Source: Candidatus Omnitrophota bacterium (lineage in GTDB: Bacteria; Omnitrophota; Gorgyraeia; Zapsychrales; Zapsychraceae). From it: a stretch of DNA of 64,000 nucleotides. The stretch is from assembly GCA_015233405.1 (NCBI GenBank), contig JADFXT010000006.1, forward strand, positions 67,848-131,847, in the 5' to 3' direction. The notes beneath the pieces were generated by a model, which saw only the letters and a program-made list of their open reading frames with translations, was not told the DNA's origin and made no database searches. How positions within the stretch are numbered: position 1 is the stretch's first letter; each line of letters starts with the position of its first letter. The position numbers and the translations under genes are program-made. Shown here piece by piece: positions 9,541 to 18,189 of this stretch.

Positions 9541-11034
9541 TTAATTATATTTCTCCAAACAAATCTGTCTAAGTTCATTAAAAATCCTGTTGCCCTCTTC
9601 ATCAAACGTCTCCGCCCTTTTAATTTTGGGCCAATATTCTCTCGGCAATTTCACATAAAGAACAAAAACCCTGCGAATGCCTTGGATATCCTGACGGGTT
9701 AAAAAAGGCTTCGGCATATCCATCGGCACGGCAGTATTTAAGGAGCCCAAGATCAAGTCGTCAGCAATATATCCTTTTTCCAGGCAGACCTTATGCAAAG
9801 GAGAACCGTGAAAAGGTGCAAAGACCGCACAGTTCACCGAATCCGCCGTGATCTGCCGGTTGAGCTCTATCGTATCAAAAACTAGATCCCTTGTTTCGCC
9901 GGGAAAGCCGATGATATTATTGACCGTTAACGGCACGCCCACTTCTGCGATGATCTGGGAAGCTTTGATCATCGTCGCATTATCAAATGTTTTCTTTAAA
10001 ACTTTGGTGCGGAATTCCGCATTGCCATGCTCGAGCCCCATGGACATCCGATGGCAACCGACATCCTTTAATTTTTGAATGCGCTCTTTAGTTACCGTCT
10101 CGGGCCGAGTTTGCATCCAAAAGGGCAATTTGATTTCTTTATAAAAATCAATAAACTCATCAAATTCCGCCTGCGGACCGACAAGAAAATTATCCGACGA
10201 AAAATAAATGTATTCTGCTTTCCACGCCTTTACCAACTCGCGGATTTCCCGTTTGATGGTCTCGATGTTCTTGATCCTGAAAAACGTTTGCCCATGCGAT
10301 TTATATAATTTTGCCATAGACGGTGAGTTACAAAACGCGCATTGAAAAGGGCAGCCTCTATTTGTCTCGACGGGAATTGTCTGATAGACCGTACCGGCCA
10401 TCGGACGAAAGAACCGCTCGGGCTCAAACAAACTATAATCCGGGACTGGCAAAGAATTGATATCCACCAGCGGCCTGACCGGATTACAAATGATCTGCCC
10501 ATCTTTCTTAAAGCACAAATTTTTTATCTGCGAACAATCTTTGCCAGCGGCCATGTTCTCACAAAATTCTACAACCGTTTCTTCTCCTTCGCCCACGCAG
10601 ACAAAATCCACAGCCTCGTGCGCCAAAACTTTTTCCGGAGCGAATGTCGGAAATACCCCTCCGGCCATGACCGGAATATCAAAATCCTTGACGACATTTA
10701 AAAGTTCCAATCCCCTTTGATAAGTGCACTCAAGCATGGAAATCAGAATCAAATCCGGTGTGAATTCCTGAATTTTCTTTCTTAGGTCATCTTCCGGCAT
10801 TGTTTCTTTAGGCTTAACCCCGCGGGTACCATAATCGAACGGTTTGACCTGTAGATTTTCCTTCTTCGCGTCGTCGGAACCTTTCATGCCCTTCTCGGGA
10901 TAGAGCGTCGTATCAAATAATGCCAACTCGAACCCTTTTGGCTTTAAAAGGGCGGTAAAAATACCGATAGAGATGGCCGGCGGATTCATGAGTAATCCGT
11001 TCGGATAAAGAAAAAGGATTTTATATTTAGACAT
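9541..11034 (-). CDS. B12-binding-domain radical SAM enzyme (class B, methyltransferase-type)
   Basis: 497 aa. N-terminal B12-binding-like Rossmann (KILFLYPN...DLILISMLE). Radical SAM triad CPFQCAFC. RBS AAGGAG (11050..11045) lies 10 nt upstream of the ATG. Confidence 0.85.
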   Translation of the reverse strand: MSKYKILFLYPNGLLMNPPAISIGIFTALLKPKGFELALFDTTLYPEKGMKGSDDAKKENLQVKPFDYGTRGVKPKETMPEDDLRKKIQEFTPDLILISMLECTYQRGLELLNVVKDFDIPVMAGGVFPTFAPEKVLAHEAVDFVCVGEGEETVVEFCENMAAGKDCSQIKNLCFKKDGQIICNPVRPLVDINSLPVPDYSLFEPERFFRPMAGTVYQTIPVETNRGCPFQCAFCNSPSMAKLYKSHGQTFFRIKNIETIKREIRELVKAWKAEYIYFSSDNFLVGPQAEFDEFIDFYKEIKLPFWMQTRPETVTKERIQKLKDVGCHRMSMGLEHGNAEFRTKVLKKTFDNATMIKASQIIAEVGVPLTVNNIIGFPGETRDLVFDTIELNRQITADSVNCAVFAPFHGSPLHKVCLEKGYIADDLILGSLNTAVPMDMPKPFLTRQDIQGIRRVFVLYVKLPREYWPKIKRAETFDEEGNRIFNELRQICLEKYN

Positions 11035-11072
11035 ATTCGTTAATCTCCTTCAAGCTGGCATATCATTTCTAA

Positions 11073-11107
11073 ATGGAGCCCCACGGGTTTACCCGTGGTA
11101 CCTCCAT
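11073..11107. other. GC-rich imperfect stem-loop in the largest intergenic gap
   Basis: Sequence atggag-cc-ccacggg-ttta-cccgtgg-tac-ctccat. A 7-bp core stem with a 4-nt loop, plus a 6-bp outer stem. It sits between the stop at 11178 and the start at 11034. No U-tract follows it on the minus-strand transcript. Confidence 0.5.
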
Positions 11108-11177
11108 CTCTTCTAGATTATTCCTCGCGAACATCCCCGTAGCAGGGCGATTTCGCCTTCTTTAATTTTTTTTGCAT

Positions 11178-13043
11178 TCATCCACAGGCTTGCCTATGGT
11201 TTTCCCTGCCTGCCGGCAGGCAGGTGCAGAGGTGGATAAATTTATTAAGACTGTCTTCCGTAATTTTATAAACATATTTCTCTAAATACAGGGCCGCTCT
11301 TTCTCTTTGAGAAGCGAACTTCTTGTCGTCGAGACTATCAATTTCCTCCAGTGTCTTCTTCAAAGAGTCCCCATAAGTAACCGTCCATTTTAGGTCATGG
11401 CAATTAAACAGCGTATCAAAACTTAAAATAAAACCATTATTAAAATGAATGACCGGCCGCCCCATCTTTAAGGCTTCCATAGCGACCGCCGTTCCCCAAT
11501 AGATAACCACATTGGCCTCCGTGATGTCTTCTATTAAGGATTTATTATGAGATATCGTAATATTGGGCTTTAAATATAGTTCAGGAGATATCCGTTTCTT
11601 AAGATACTCCCACGGCAACAATGGATGTGTTCGAATATTAATTTTATAACGCTCGTCACCTTTCAGCTCCCGAAGGACATAATCCGCCATCAGCTGAACA
11701 TCTTTGATCCCTTCCAAGGCCAATAAAATATTTCCGTCGCGTTTGCGGGGGAGAGCTGTTTTAGAAAACACATTTTCGAATCTCAGCCCACAGGCAGGGA
11801 TAATCTTGTCCTCAGGATAAGAACCATAATGCCTCATCATCTCTTTGCTTTCCAGTCCTAACGTCAATATTTTATCCGGCAAAGGGACCGCGGCATATTC
11901 TTTCGCGCCAAGAAACAAATTGATGGCGGCCGGCGGGATCACCGTATGCTGATAACTGAAAATTTGCGTCGTCGGCGAATATTTTCTTAAGGCCAAGATC
12001 GTCATTTTCTCCCACGGATTATTTTCATAAACCATTACGATTTTTTTTACTCGCACCTTTTGGGCAAGTCGTTTCATGGCCGAATAACAAAGGAATTGAT
12101 ACGGCTGAATTTTATGGCCGGTTTGTCGCAATTCATTCTTGACGATTTCTGAAGCCTCATATCCGCAGAAAGAAATCTCCTTTCGGACTTTCACTCTGAA
12201 AAACAGTGGAATAAACGAATCTCTCCAAGCGTCCCACCAGGACACGAAATATTCCAGTGGAATGATAAGGTCCGTAGATATTTTTCGGATCTCTTGCATA
12301 GCGCGCCGATAATTTCCCAACACATTGACCAGGATCAAAAGGTTTTCCTTACCACGAACATGCGCCGTCAACTTTCCAAAGAAGGCGTCTTGATAAACCC
12401 CTGTGGTTTTAAAAGAACTATCATAGGTGAAACTTTTAATCACATAATACGGCTCATGGGTTAGCCTTGCCGCTATCCTTTTCTGAAGAAAAACACGGGC
12501 ACAAAGAATTCTTCCCGTCACAAGAAGAACGGTCCAGAGCGCATTGACGATCCTCTTAATATAGCTGGCAAGAAAAGCCTTGCCCTTTAAATAAAATCCC
12601 TTAAACCGTATGCCGTAGTCATTTCCCTTGATAAGACCAGCAAGATGATTGGACAAAAATGGCGACGCTCCGATAATGAATAAAAAATCATAATCCTTCC
12701 GCTTAATAGCGTTCATGCATTTTAAGAAACTTTCTAACGCGCTCGGCAATCTGGAGGTATAACGGTTCTTGGACGAGATATCCGTGGCCCACCACAACAA
12801 GCCCTTGTTATCCAAGGATAGCTCCGCGATCAAATCATTATAGGCGCTTATAAATTCCTCGCTGGACAATCCGGACAAAGGATCCTTGACGGCAAACACG
12901 TTCTGCGCAGATAAAAATGATTCAACATCCTCATTGATAGGCTCAAAGGAAAGATATTTACAATTCAGCCCTTTTTCCTTAAGGATTTTCGCAATCTGCG
13001 GTTTGATTATATGGCTATTGGGAATAAAAATAATTTGGGACAT
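11178..13043 (-). CDS. uncharacterised surface-carbohydrate biosynthesis protein, putative GT-B/TagF/capsule-type transferase
   Basis: 621 aa with no motif I can name with certainty. The C-terminal third (ILLALEG...NIRTHPLLP...VVIYWGTAVAMEALKMGRPVIHF) resembles the C-lobe of GT-B transferases. Confidence 0.35.
   Translation of the reverse strand: MSQIIFIPNSHIIKPQIAKILKEKGLNCKYLSFEPINEDVESFLSAQNVFAVKDPLSGLSSEEFISAYNDLIAELSLDNKGLLWWATDISSKNRYTSRLPSALESFLKCMNAIKRKDYDFLFIIGASPFLSNHLAGLIKGNDYGIRFKGFYLKGKAFLASYIKRIVNALWTVLLVTGRILCARVFLQKRIAARLTHEPYYVIKSFTYDSSFKTTGVYQDAFFGKLTAHVRGKENLLILVNVLGNYRRAMQEIRKISTDLIIPLEYFVSWWDAWRDSFIPLFFRVKVRKEISFCGYEASEIVKNELRQTGHKIQPYQFLCYSAMKRLAQKVRVKKIVMVYENNPWEKMTILALRKYSPTTQIFSYQHTVIPPAAINLFLGAKEYAAVPLPDKILTLGLESKEMMRHYGSYPEDKIIPACGLRFENVFSKTALPRKRDGNILLALEGIKDVQLMADYVLRELKGDERYKINIRTHPLLPWEYLKKRISPELYLKPNITISHNKSLIEDITEANVVIYWGTAVAMEALKMGRPVIHFNNGFILSFDTLFNCHDLKWTVTYGDSLKKTLEEIDSLDDKKFASQRERAALYLEKYVYKITEDSLNKFIHLCTCLPAGRENHRQACG
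11180..11237. repeat. GC-rich palindromic element overlapping the 3' end of the 621-aa CDS
   Basis: Perfect 20-nt palindrome cctgcctgccggcaggcagg (11205..11224). It is flanked by an outer inverted repeat, atccac (11180..11185) / gtggat (11232..11237). The element encodes the last ~19 codons (IHLCTCLPAGRENHRQACG) of the ORF 11178..13043. Confidence 0.6.
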
Positions 13044-13058
13044 AATAAAAATTTTTAA

Positions 13059-14960
13059 TTAAGAACTTGTAAGTAGTTTACGAAATCTTTCTATTGCTTT
13101 TCCGTCTCGAAAAGGATCCATCAAGGGAGAATTCAAGGGAAAAGGATTCTGCCAGAGCCCCGACCTAACTTCTTCAACCTTCTTTTTAAGTTCCTCATAA
13201 CTATGGGTCACAACACCTGGTGTTTGGCTGTAGATCATCTCTTTATACAACCCTTGTGGGTCGTGCCACACCGCCGGCTTATTAAAACTTAGCGCTTCAA
13301 AAGTTGTGGACGTAAAAGGAAAAGAAATGATCATGTCGGCAAAATTAATAACTTCTGTTGCATCAGAAAAGTTAAGAAATATTTTTATTCGCGGGTGGTC
13401 TGACATTTTCTGATATAAACGCAGCAAATCGCCCCCTCCACCAGGGTCAAAAAGAGAAAGGAACTCTCTACCTTTTTTCTCTTTCAGAAACAAAAAAATG
13501 CGCGAATCGCTTTCCACTAACCTTAAGAGATGTTCAGCAAACATTGTTCCTTCACTATAATTAACCAGACCATTTAAAGAATAGGTTGTGTCAAATGCCC
13601 CGATCACAAAATGCTGTTCATCCTTGTTCATGCCATCTAAACATTGCACGGTTTCATATTGACTCCACAAACATCCGACAATATGCGTTTCTTTTAAATG
13701 ATGCGGGTGGGAGCAAAAAAAATCACGGACAAACTCATTCCACGTCACAAAATGATCATAAAATAAATATGTCCAAAAAGGATGCCGCATCAAACACGAT
13801 TTACTCTCCGTACGAAAATTGCATCCCATGTTAATTGAATCTGTAAAATACCAAGTTTCTATTCCCGCCTGTTTTAACGCACAATTCCTGGCAATGTGAT
13901 GAAAACCAAAATCGCAATGAGTAACAAAATGTTTTATCTCAATTTTCTCCAAGGCATTTTTCCATCTAAAATAAACAAATAAAATCGCCATGGCATGTTG
14001 GAATTCGCCCTTATTTTGTTCGATGTAGTTCTTCCAAAAAATATTCAGCAATCGCCACCAAACGTGAAAATGGCAGAACAACTGTCCTGGTCTAGGAAGA
14101 TAAACCATATGAAATGGCTGTTGAGCTAATTTTATTCTTTGCGCTTTGCTGAATTGAGAAGATGAAAAGCAAACAACATCTTTCACCTGGATAGACTTTC
14201 CATCAGCAAAAAAAGCAGGGCCGCGTTTATTATCCTCTAACTGCCGAGAGCTGATTAAGGCAACACCAAAACGATAAGATTTTTTAGCGGAAACTTTTGG
14301 AAAAAACAATCCTAAAAATAGGCTAGCTAACGTTTGCAATAGAAGCAGAACGCTGGTCCCTATAATTTTCCCCATATTTTTTCTAAAATCTTGATGATAA
14401 CTCTCTTTGGAAAATTCTAGATTGTCATGATGGAAAAAATCCTGCCGACTCAAAAGTAGCAACTCGCGAATTTCATTATAATCCGCGATATTAACTTCCG
14501 GATAAAATATAATTGGATCGAAATTCAAATATTTAGAAACTCGCTCGACAACAATGTTCTGCGCGTAAAACTCTCCCAATCTTTCACATAAAAGCTTCTT
14601 AAAAGCATTTTCCGCTTCCCGATCTTTTAAAACATCACAAACAAAATCAATCAACAGCTTATGCTTCCGATAATATGCTGGATAAACAGCCTCCACAACT
14701 TCAACCGCTTTGTCCATGGCTATGCCATGAATCGTTTTACTTTCTATATCCTTAGTAGAAATAAAGAGTATCTTGCCTTCTTGAACAAGCTGATCAATAT
14801 GTGAAGGCAGAGAAGAAGGAAATTCTGCAATTTTTCCACCTTTTTTATGATGACAAGCAAAAGGCTCCATAGCATAAACAAGTGAAGCATCCTTCAGATA
14901 AGCCTCTACTGTTTTCTCATTTAGCTTAAAAAACGATTCTAAAACAATTTTCCGACTCAT
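13059..14960 (-). CDS. uncharacterised polysaccharide-biosynthesis protein with C-terminal PFTS motif (putative GT-B-like transferase)
   Basis: 633 aa with one central hydrophobic stretch (IIGTSVLLLLQTLASLFLGLFF). The C-terminus reads ...DHPRIKIFL...ADMIISFPFTSTTFEALSFNKPAV. I recall an NCBI family named for this PFTS motif, but that needs HMM confirmation. Confidence 0.45.
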   Translation of the reverse strand: MSRKIVLESFFKLNEKTVEAYLKDASLVYAMEPFACHHKKGGKIAEFPSSLPSHIDQLVQEGKILFISTKDIESKTIHGIAMDKAVEVVEAVYPAYYRKHKLLIDFVCDVLKDREAENAFKKLLCERLGEFYAQNIVVERVSKYLNFDPIIFYPEVNIADYNEIRELLLLSRQDFFHHDNLEFSKESYHQDFRKNMGKIIGTSVLLLLQTLASLFLGLFFPKVSAKKSYRFGVALISSRQLEDNKRGPAFFADGKSIQVKDVVCFSSSQFSKAQRIKLAQQPFHMVYLPRPGQLFCHFHVWWRLLNIFWKNYIEQNKGEFQHAMAILFVYFRWKNALEKIEIKHFVTHCDFGFHHIARNCALKQAGIETWYFTDSINMGCNFRTESKSCLMRHPFWTYLFYDHFVTWNEFVRDFFCSHPHHLKETHIVGCLWSQYETVQCLDGMNKDEQHFVIGAFDTTYSLNGLVNYSEGTMFAEHLLRLVESDSRIFLFLKEKKGREFLSLFDPGGGGDLLRLYQKMSDHPRIKIFLNFSDATEVINFADMIISFPFTSTTFEALSFNKPAVWHDPQGLYKEMIYSQTPGVVTHSYEELKKKVEEVRSGLWQNPFPLNSPLMDPFRDGKAIERFRKLLTSS

Positions 14961-15059
14961 ATCAGTAATAATCCATACTCTTTGTAATTCTTTATATCCT
15001 CGTTAATATCTAACGTTATCGAATCGACAGAAAAAATATAAAAAATATTCCGTATCATT

Positions 15060-16247
15060 TTATAATTCATCTATTAATGGGATTTGAGGTGATACGACCG
15101 GAAACATGATATTCAGGATTTCTTTATTCAAGAAATCTTTAAGGGCAAGGATTTGTTCTGCCGAAACAACTCCAAATATCATTTTCTGCCAATCATGGAC
15201 AGAAAGAAATCCTGCTTCTTTCTGTTGTTCGCCTGGTCTCAACAAGACCTTTAATTTCTCTCGTGCAAAAGAAAAATGAACATCACCTACTTCGAGCTCA
15301 AAATCTTTGACTAAAGATCTCTTTAACCTCAATTCCAAGACGGGCCCAATCAAACCCAAAAAATCAATCAAAGAAGTGATCCGGACGATATGTCCTCCAT
15401 TCCAAACATGCCGTGTTGAAATTTTATGCGGCATCTCACGCAAATAAAAACAAAGCGGGTGGCACAACCCCAGCTCAAAATGGACATCTCCGCTAGACGC
15501 TAAAGGCCCCGGATGAGTAGAATGAAATAAGGAAAGAAGCTCCATAGCATAAGCATCTTTAAAACCAAATTCGTAAATCACGTTATCTTTTTTAAAGACA
15601 TAACCCACAACATCATCATCGTTTTCAAAAACATAGGAAGACAGATTCATGCGCTGAGCGTTTTTAAGATAATAATTCCAAAGTGTCTCGCTTCGATTCA
15701 GAGCCCCAAGTACATTTTGATAGGTCAACTCAAACAATTCCTGCACTCGAGGGATATGGTGAGATTCCAAGAGGTTGATGTGGGTATCTGATTCATCTCG
15801 AGGAAAAACAGCCGTATCTACCGTTAACTGGCCAAAATTTGTAAATCCGGTGAATCCGTAAGGATACCAATAACCGTCAACTTTTTTACGCGAGATTCCA
15901 ATACACAATGCCGCATTTTTATCAATATAGTCAAACATCCTTTCTTTCAAGGCGGTGGCCACAGAAAAATCCCGAATCTTCGGATGAACGGCAATCATGG
16001 ACAATCCCGCAAGCTTTAAAGGGACGCCAAAATAGTTAAATTCCCGGTCCACTAAACCAAGGACTCCGACAATTTCTTTCCCCTGTTCTTTCGCAATAAT
16101 AAATTGCAAGCCCGGCCTGTAATTCAGAACAAAATCAAATAAAGCTCGGCCATCAGAATAATTCATGCCGAAACTCCTGGATAAGAAATCTAACACAGAC
16201 TCCCGATCCGAAGGACTCAATTGCGGATAAACTTTACATTCAAACAC
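15060..16247 (-). CDS. GNAT-family N-acyltransferase with C-terminal extension (Eis-like GNAT + SCP2-like layout)
   Basis: 395 aa. GNAT core VGVLGLVDREF...LAGLSMIAVHPKIRDFSVATALKERMFDYI, followed by ~200 extra residues. Assignment is by eye only. Confidence 0.45.
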   Translation of the reverse strand: MFECKVYPQLSPSDRESVLDFLSRSFGMNYSDGRALFDFVLNYRPGLQFIIAKEQGKEIVGVLGLVDREFNYFGVPLKLAGLSMIAVHPKIRDFSVATALKERMFDYIDKNAALCIGISRKKVDGYWYPYGFTGFTNFGQLTVDTAVFPRDESDTHINLLESHHIPRVQELFELTYQNVLGALNRSETLWNYYLKNAQRMNLSSYVFENDDDVVGYVFKKDNVIYEFGFKDAYAMELLSLFHSTHPGPLASSGDVHFELGLCHPLCFYLREMPHKISTRHVWNGGHIVRITSLIDFLGLIGPVLELRLKRSLVKDFELEVGDVHFSFAREKLKVLLRPGEQQKEAGFLSVHDWQKMIFGVVSAEQILALKDFLNKEILNIMFPVVSPQIPLIDEL

Positions 16248-16931
16248 TTAGACTCCTCCATCAATTGAAATAGCAGATCCGTTCACATAATCAGATTTAA
16301 TCAAGAACTCAATGGCGTTGACAATATTCGAAACATCGCCGAAAGTTTTCGTAGGGATTTGATTTAAAATCTCTTTCTTTTGCTGTTCATTAAGTTTATT
16401 AAGCATCCCTTTTTCAAAATATCCCAGCGTTATGACATTTGAAGTAATATTGAATCGGCCGTATTCTTTCGCTAAAACGCGAGACATTCCTAACAATCCT
16501 GATTTGCTCGCCGAATAAGCGATTGTTCCCGGAGAACCTTGAATCGCGCCCAACGAAGAAACGTGAACAATCCTCCCCCATCGAGCCTCAATCATTTGCG
16601 GAAGCAAAGCCTGAGACAAAAGAAAATCCCCTTTAAGATTCACGCCTAACACATGGTCCCAATCAGTCTCGTTATAATTCGCCGCTATCCCATCGATTTT
16701 TACCCCGGCAAAATGCAAAAGAACGAGCTTAGACAATTTATCTTTCCATCGCTGGACAAATGATTGAATAGCAAGCGGATCCTCTAAATTTAACTGTTCA
16801 AGAATCAAATTCTTATGAGACGGGAACTCCGGTAAAGTTTTATTATAAATCCCCACCACCATATCCATTTCAAGCAAAGGCATTACCAATTCTCTACCAA
16901 TCCCACCTGACACGCCCGTCATAATAATCAT
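16248..16931 (-). CDS. short-chain dehydrogenase/reductase, 3-oxoacyl-ACP reductase (FabG)-like
   Basis: The ORF track extends to 17033. I start the gene at ATG 16931 (MIIMTGVSGGIGRELV Rossmann), which gives an ATGA overlap with the upstream stop. Catalytic SSLGA...YSASKSG (S, YxxxK). Confidence 0.8.
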   Translation of the reverse strand: MIIMTGVSGGIGRELVMPLLEMDMVVGIYNKTLPEFPSHKNLILEQLNLEDPLAIQSFVQRWKDKLSKLVLLHFAGVKIDGIAANYNETDWDHVLGVNLKGDFLLSQALLPQMIEARWGRIVHVSSLGAIQGSPGTIAYSASKSGLLGMSRVLAKEYGRFNITSNVITLGYFEKGMLNKLNEQQKKEILNQIPTKTFGDVSNIVNAIEFLIKSDYVNGSAISIDGGV

Positions 16932-17905
16932 AAATTCCCCTCCCATTTTAGAATACACCCACCCCAAGAATATCCGACGCCAAAACCAAGAAGTAAAATT
17001 TGATTGCCTTTTTTCAAACGTTTTTCCTCCCAAGCGTCTTTAAGAGCAATTGGTAACGAGGCAGACACCGTATTGCCAATACGCTGATAATTCGTGTACA
17101 CTTTGCGTTCATCGATTTCCATTCGTCGGACAATATTATCGATCACCAATTTGCTGGCCTGATGGAAAATAAACAAATCAATATCTTGTAGTGTCTTTCC
17201 GCTTTTTTTAAGTAAACTCTCCACACATTGCGGCACAGTTCCCATAGTAAACATAAAGACCTTCGCGCCGTTCATGAGTAGTGCCGGTGGATGTTGTTCC
17301 ACCACGTCCTTTCGCGTTCCGCTATTTTTTACAATCAAATCACAATATCCTGAGCCGTCTGTTCCCATCTCAAAAGGTCCCAACCAATCCTTATCGCTAA
17401 AAGTTAAAACAGTCGCTGCCGCTCCATCACTAAAAACCGGACGACAAGTGCGATCTGCGCTATCAATATACTTTGTATATGTTTCGCTACAAATGACAAG
17501 TCCCTGCTTGACGAGTCCGGCTTCAATCAAAGACCCTCCCATGGCAAGCCCATAAACATAACCGGAACAGCCTAGATTAACATCGAAAGCCATGCATGAT
17601 TTCTTAAGGCCCAATCGGTCTTGCAAAATGCACGCAGAAGTAGGGAGAACATAATCCGGAGACTGCGTAATAAAAATAAGAAATTCTATGTCCTCTTTCT
17701 TAATCCCCGAGGAAAAAAGTTTTTCGGCAGCCAAAACTCCCATATCCACAGCGGTTTCCTGAGGACCCGAAATATAGCGCGTACTAATACCGGTCTTCTG
17801 CTCAATCTCATCAATACGCCAATCCGGATTATCCTTCTTAAGCGCCTGACCGTTTTCACAAAGACGAGGAAGGTAATATTCAATCGCCTGAATTCTAGCT
17901 TTCAT
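16928..17905 (-). CDS. 3-oxoacyl-ACP synthase III (KAS III / FabH-like)
   Basis: 325 aa. The catalytic triad contexts are present: AFDVNLGCSGYVYGL (Cys), IFHQAS (His), IGNTVSASLP (Asn). Confidence 0.85.
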   Translation of the reverse strand: MKARIQAIEYYLPRLCENGQALKKDNPDWRIDEIEQKTGISTRYISGPQETAVDMGVLAAEKLFSSGIKKEDIEFLIFITQSPDYVLPTSACILQDRLGLKKSCMAFDVNLGCSGYVYGLAMGGSLIEAGLVKQGLVICSETYTKYIDSADRTCRPVFSDGAAATVLTFSDKDWLGPFEMGTDGSGYCDLIVKNSGTRKDVVEQHPPALLMNGAKVFMFTMGTVPQCVESLLKKSGKTLQDIDLFIFHQASKLVIDNIVRRMEIDERKVYTNYQRIGNTVSASLPIALKDAWEEKRLKKGNQILLLGFGVGYSWGGCILKWEGNL

Positions 17906-17926
17906 AATCGGTTATTTTCCCTGAAA

Positions 17927-18172
17927 TCAAATTAACGAATGTTTCTTTAAAATATCCAAAATCTTTCTGACCGAATCCGCGGTGGCAATTTCTTTAATTC
18001 CGCCGACCTTTCCACTAAAAAACTTATCCAACGCCACAATAATCCCCAGATGTCCAAGCGAATCCCATTCTGTAAAATCCGCCATCACGCTATCGATAGT
18101 AATTTTCTTATCCTTTAAATTCAATGCTTTTTGAATAAGATTCAAAACTTCACTTTCGGAAATATGGGCCAT
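17927..18172 (-). CDS. acyl carrier protein
   Basis: The ORF track extends to 18226. The best start is ATG 18172, preceded by AAGGAGAG. The product is 81 aa with the phosphopantetheine-site context FTEWDSLGHL. Confidence 0.75.
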   Translation of the reverse strand: MAHISESEVLNLIQKALNLKDKKITIDSVMADFTEWDSLGHLGIIVALDKFFSGKVGGIKEIATADSVRKILDILKKHSLI

Positions 18173-18189
18173 AAAACGCTCTCCTTTTA

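Noticed and set aside
8561-11034. Radical SAM/SPASM genes plus the Cys-rich micro-ORF (20300..20515) as a RiPP cluster or a viperin-like defence system.
   Set aside because: There is no protease, leader-peptide-like precursor next to the rSAM genes, immunity gene or nucleotide-kinase partner. The micro-ORF is 11 kb from the SPASM enzyme. The context is uniformly glycan biosynthesis.
11144-11173. Hairpin agggcga-ttt-cgcctt followed by ctttaatttttttt, which looks like a rho-independent terminator on the plus strand.
   Set aside because: There is no credible plus-strand gene to terminate. The stem has only 4 G-C pairs plus 2 weak pairs. On the minus-strand transcript the U-tract is on the wrong side. 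I kept it only as part of the stem-loop cluster finding.
14961-15059. AT-rich 99-nt gap upstream of the PFTS-protein gene as an internal promoter; the same question applies to 1873..1959.
   Set aside because: I could not find a -35/-10 pair with acceptable hexamers and 16-18-nt spacing by eye. AT-richness alone is not evidence in a ~40% GC genome.
16932-17033. Long N-terminal extensions in the ORF track for the FabG-like gene (to 17033), ACP (to 18226), Gfo/Idh/MocA gene (to 44733), second ATP-grasp (to 53109) and SDR (to 52105).
   Set aside because: Internal ATGs give canonical N-termini (Rossmann TGxxxGIG, MKILITG and similar). They also create ATGA/TGATG coupling or sit behind a good RBS. 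The extensions overlap upstream genes and carry no conserved sequence.
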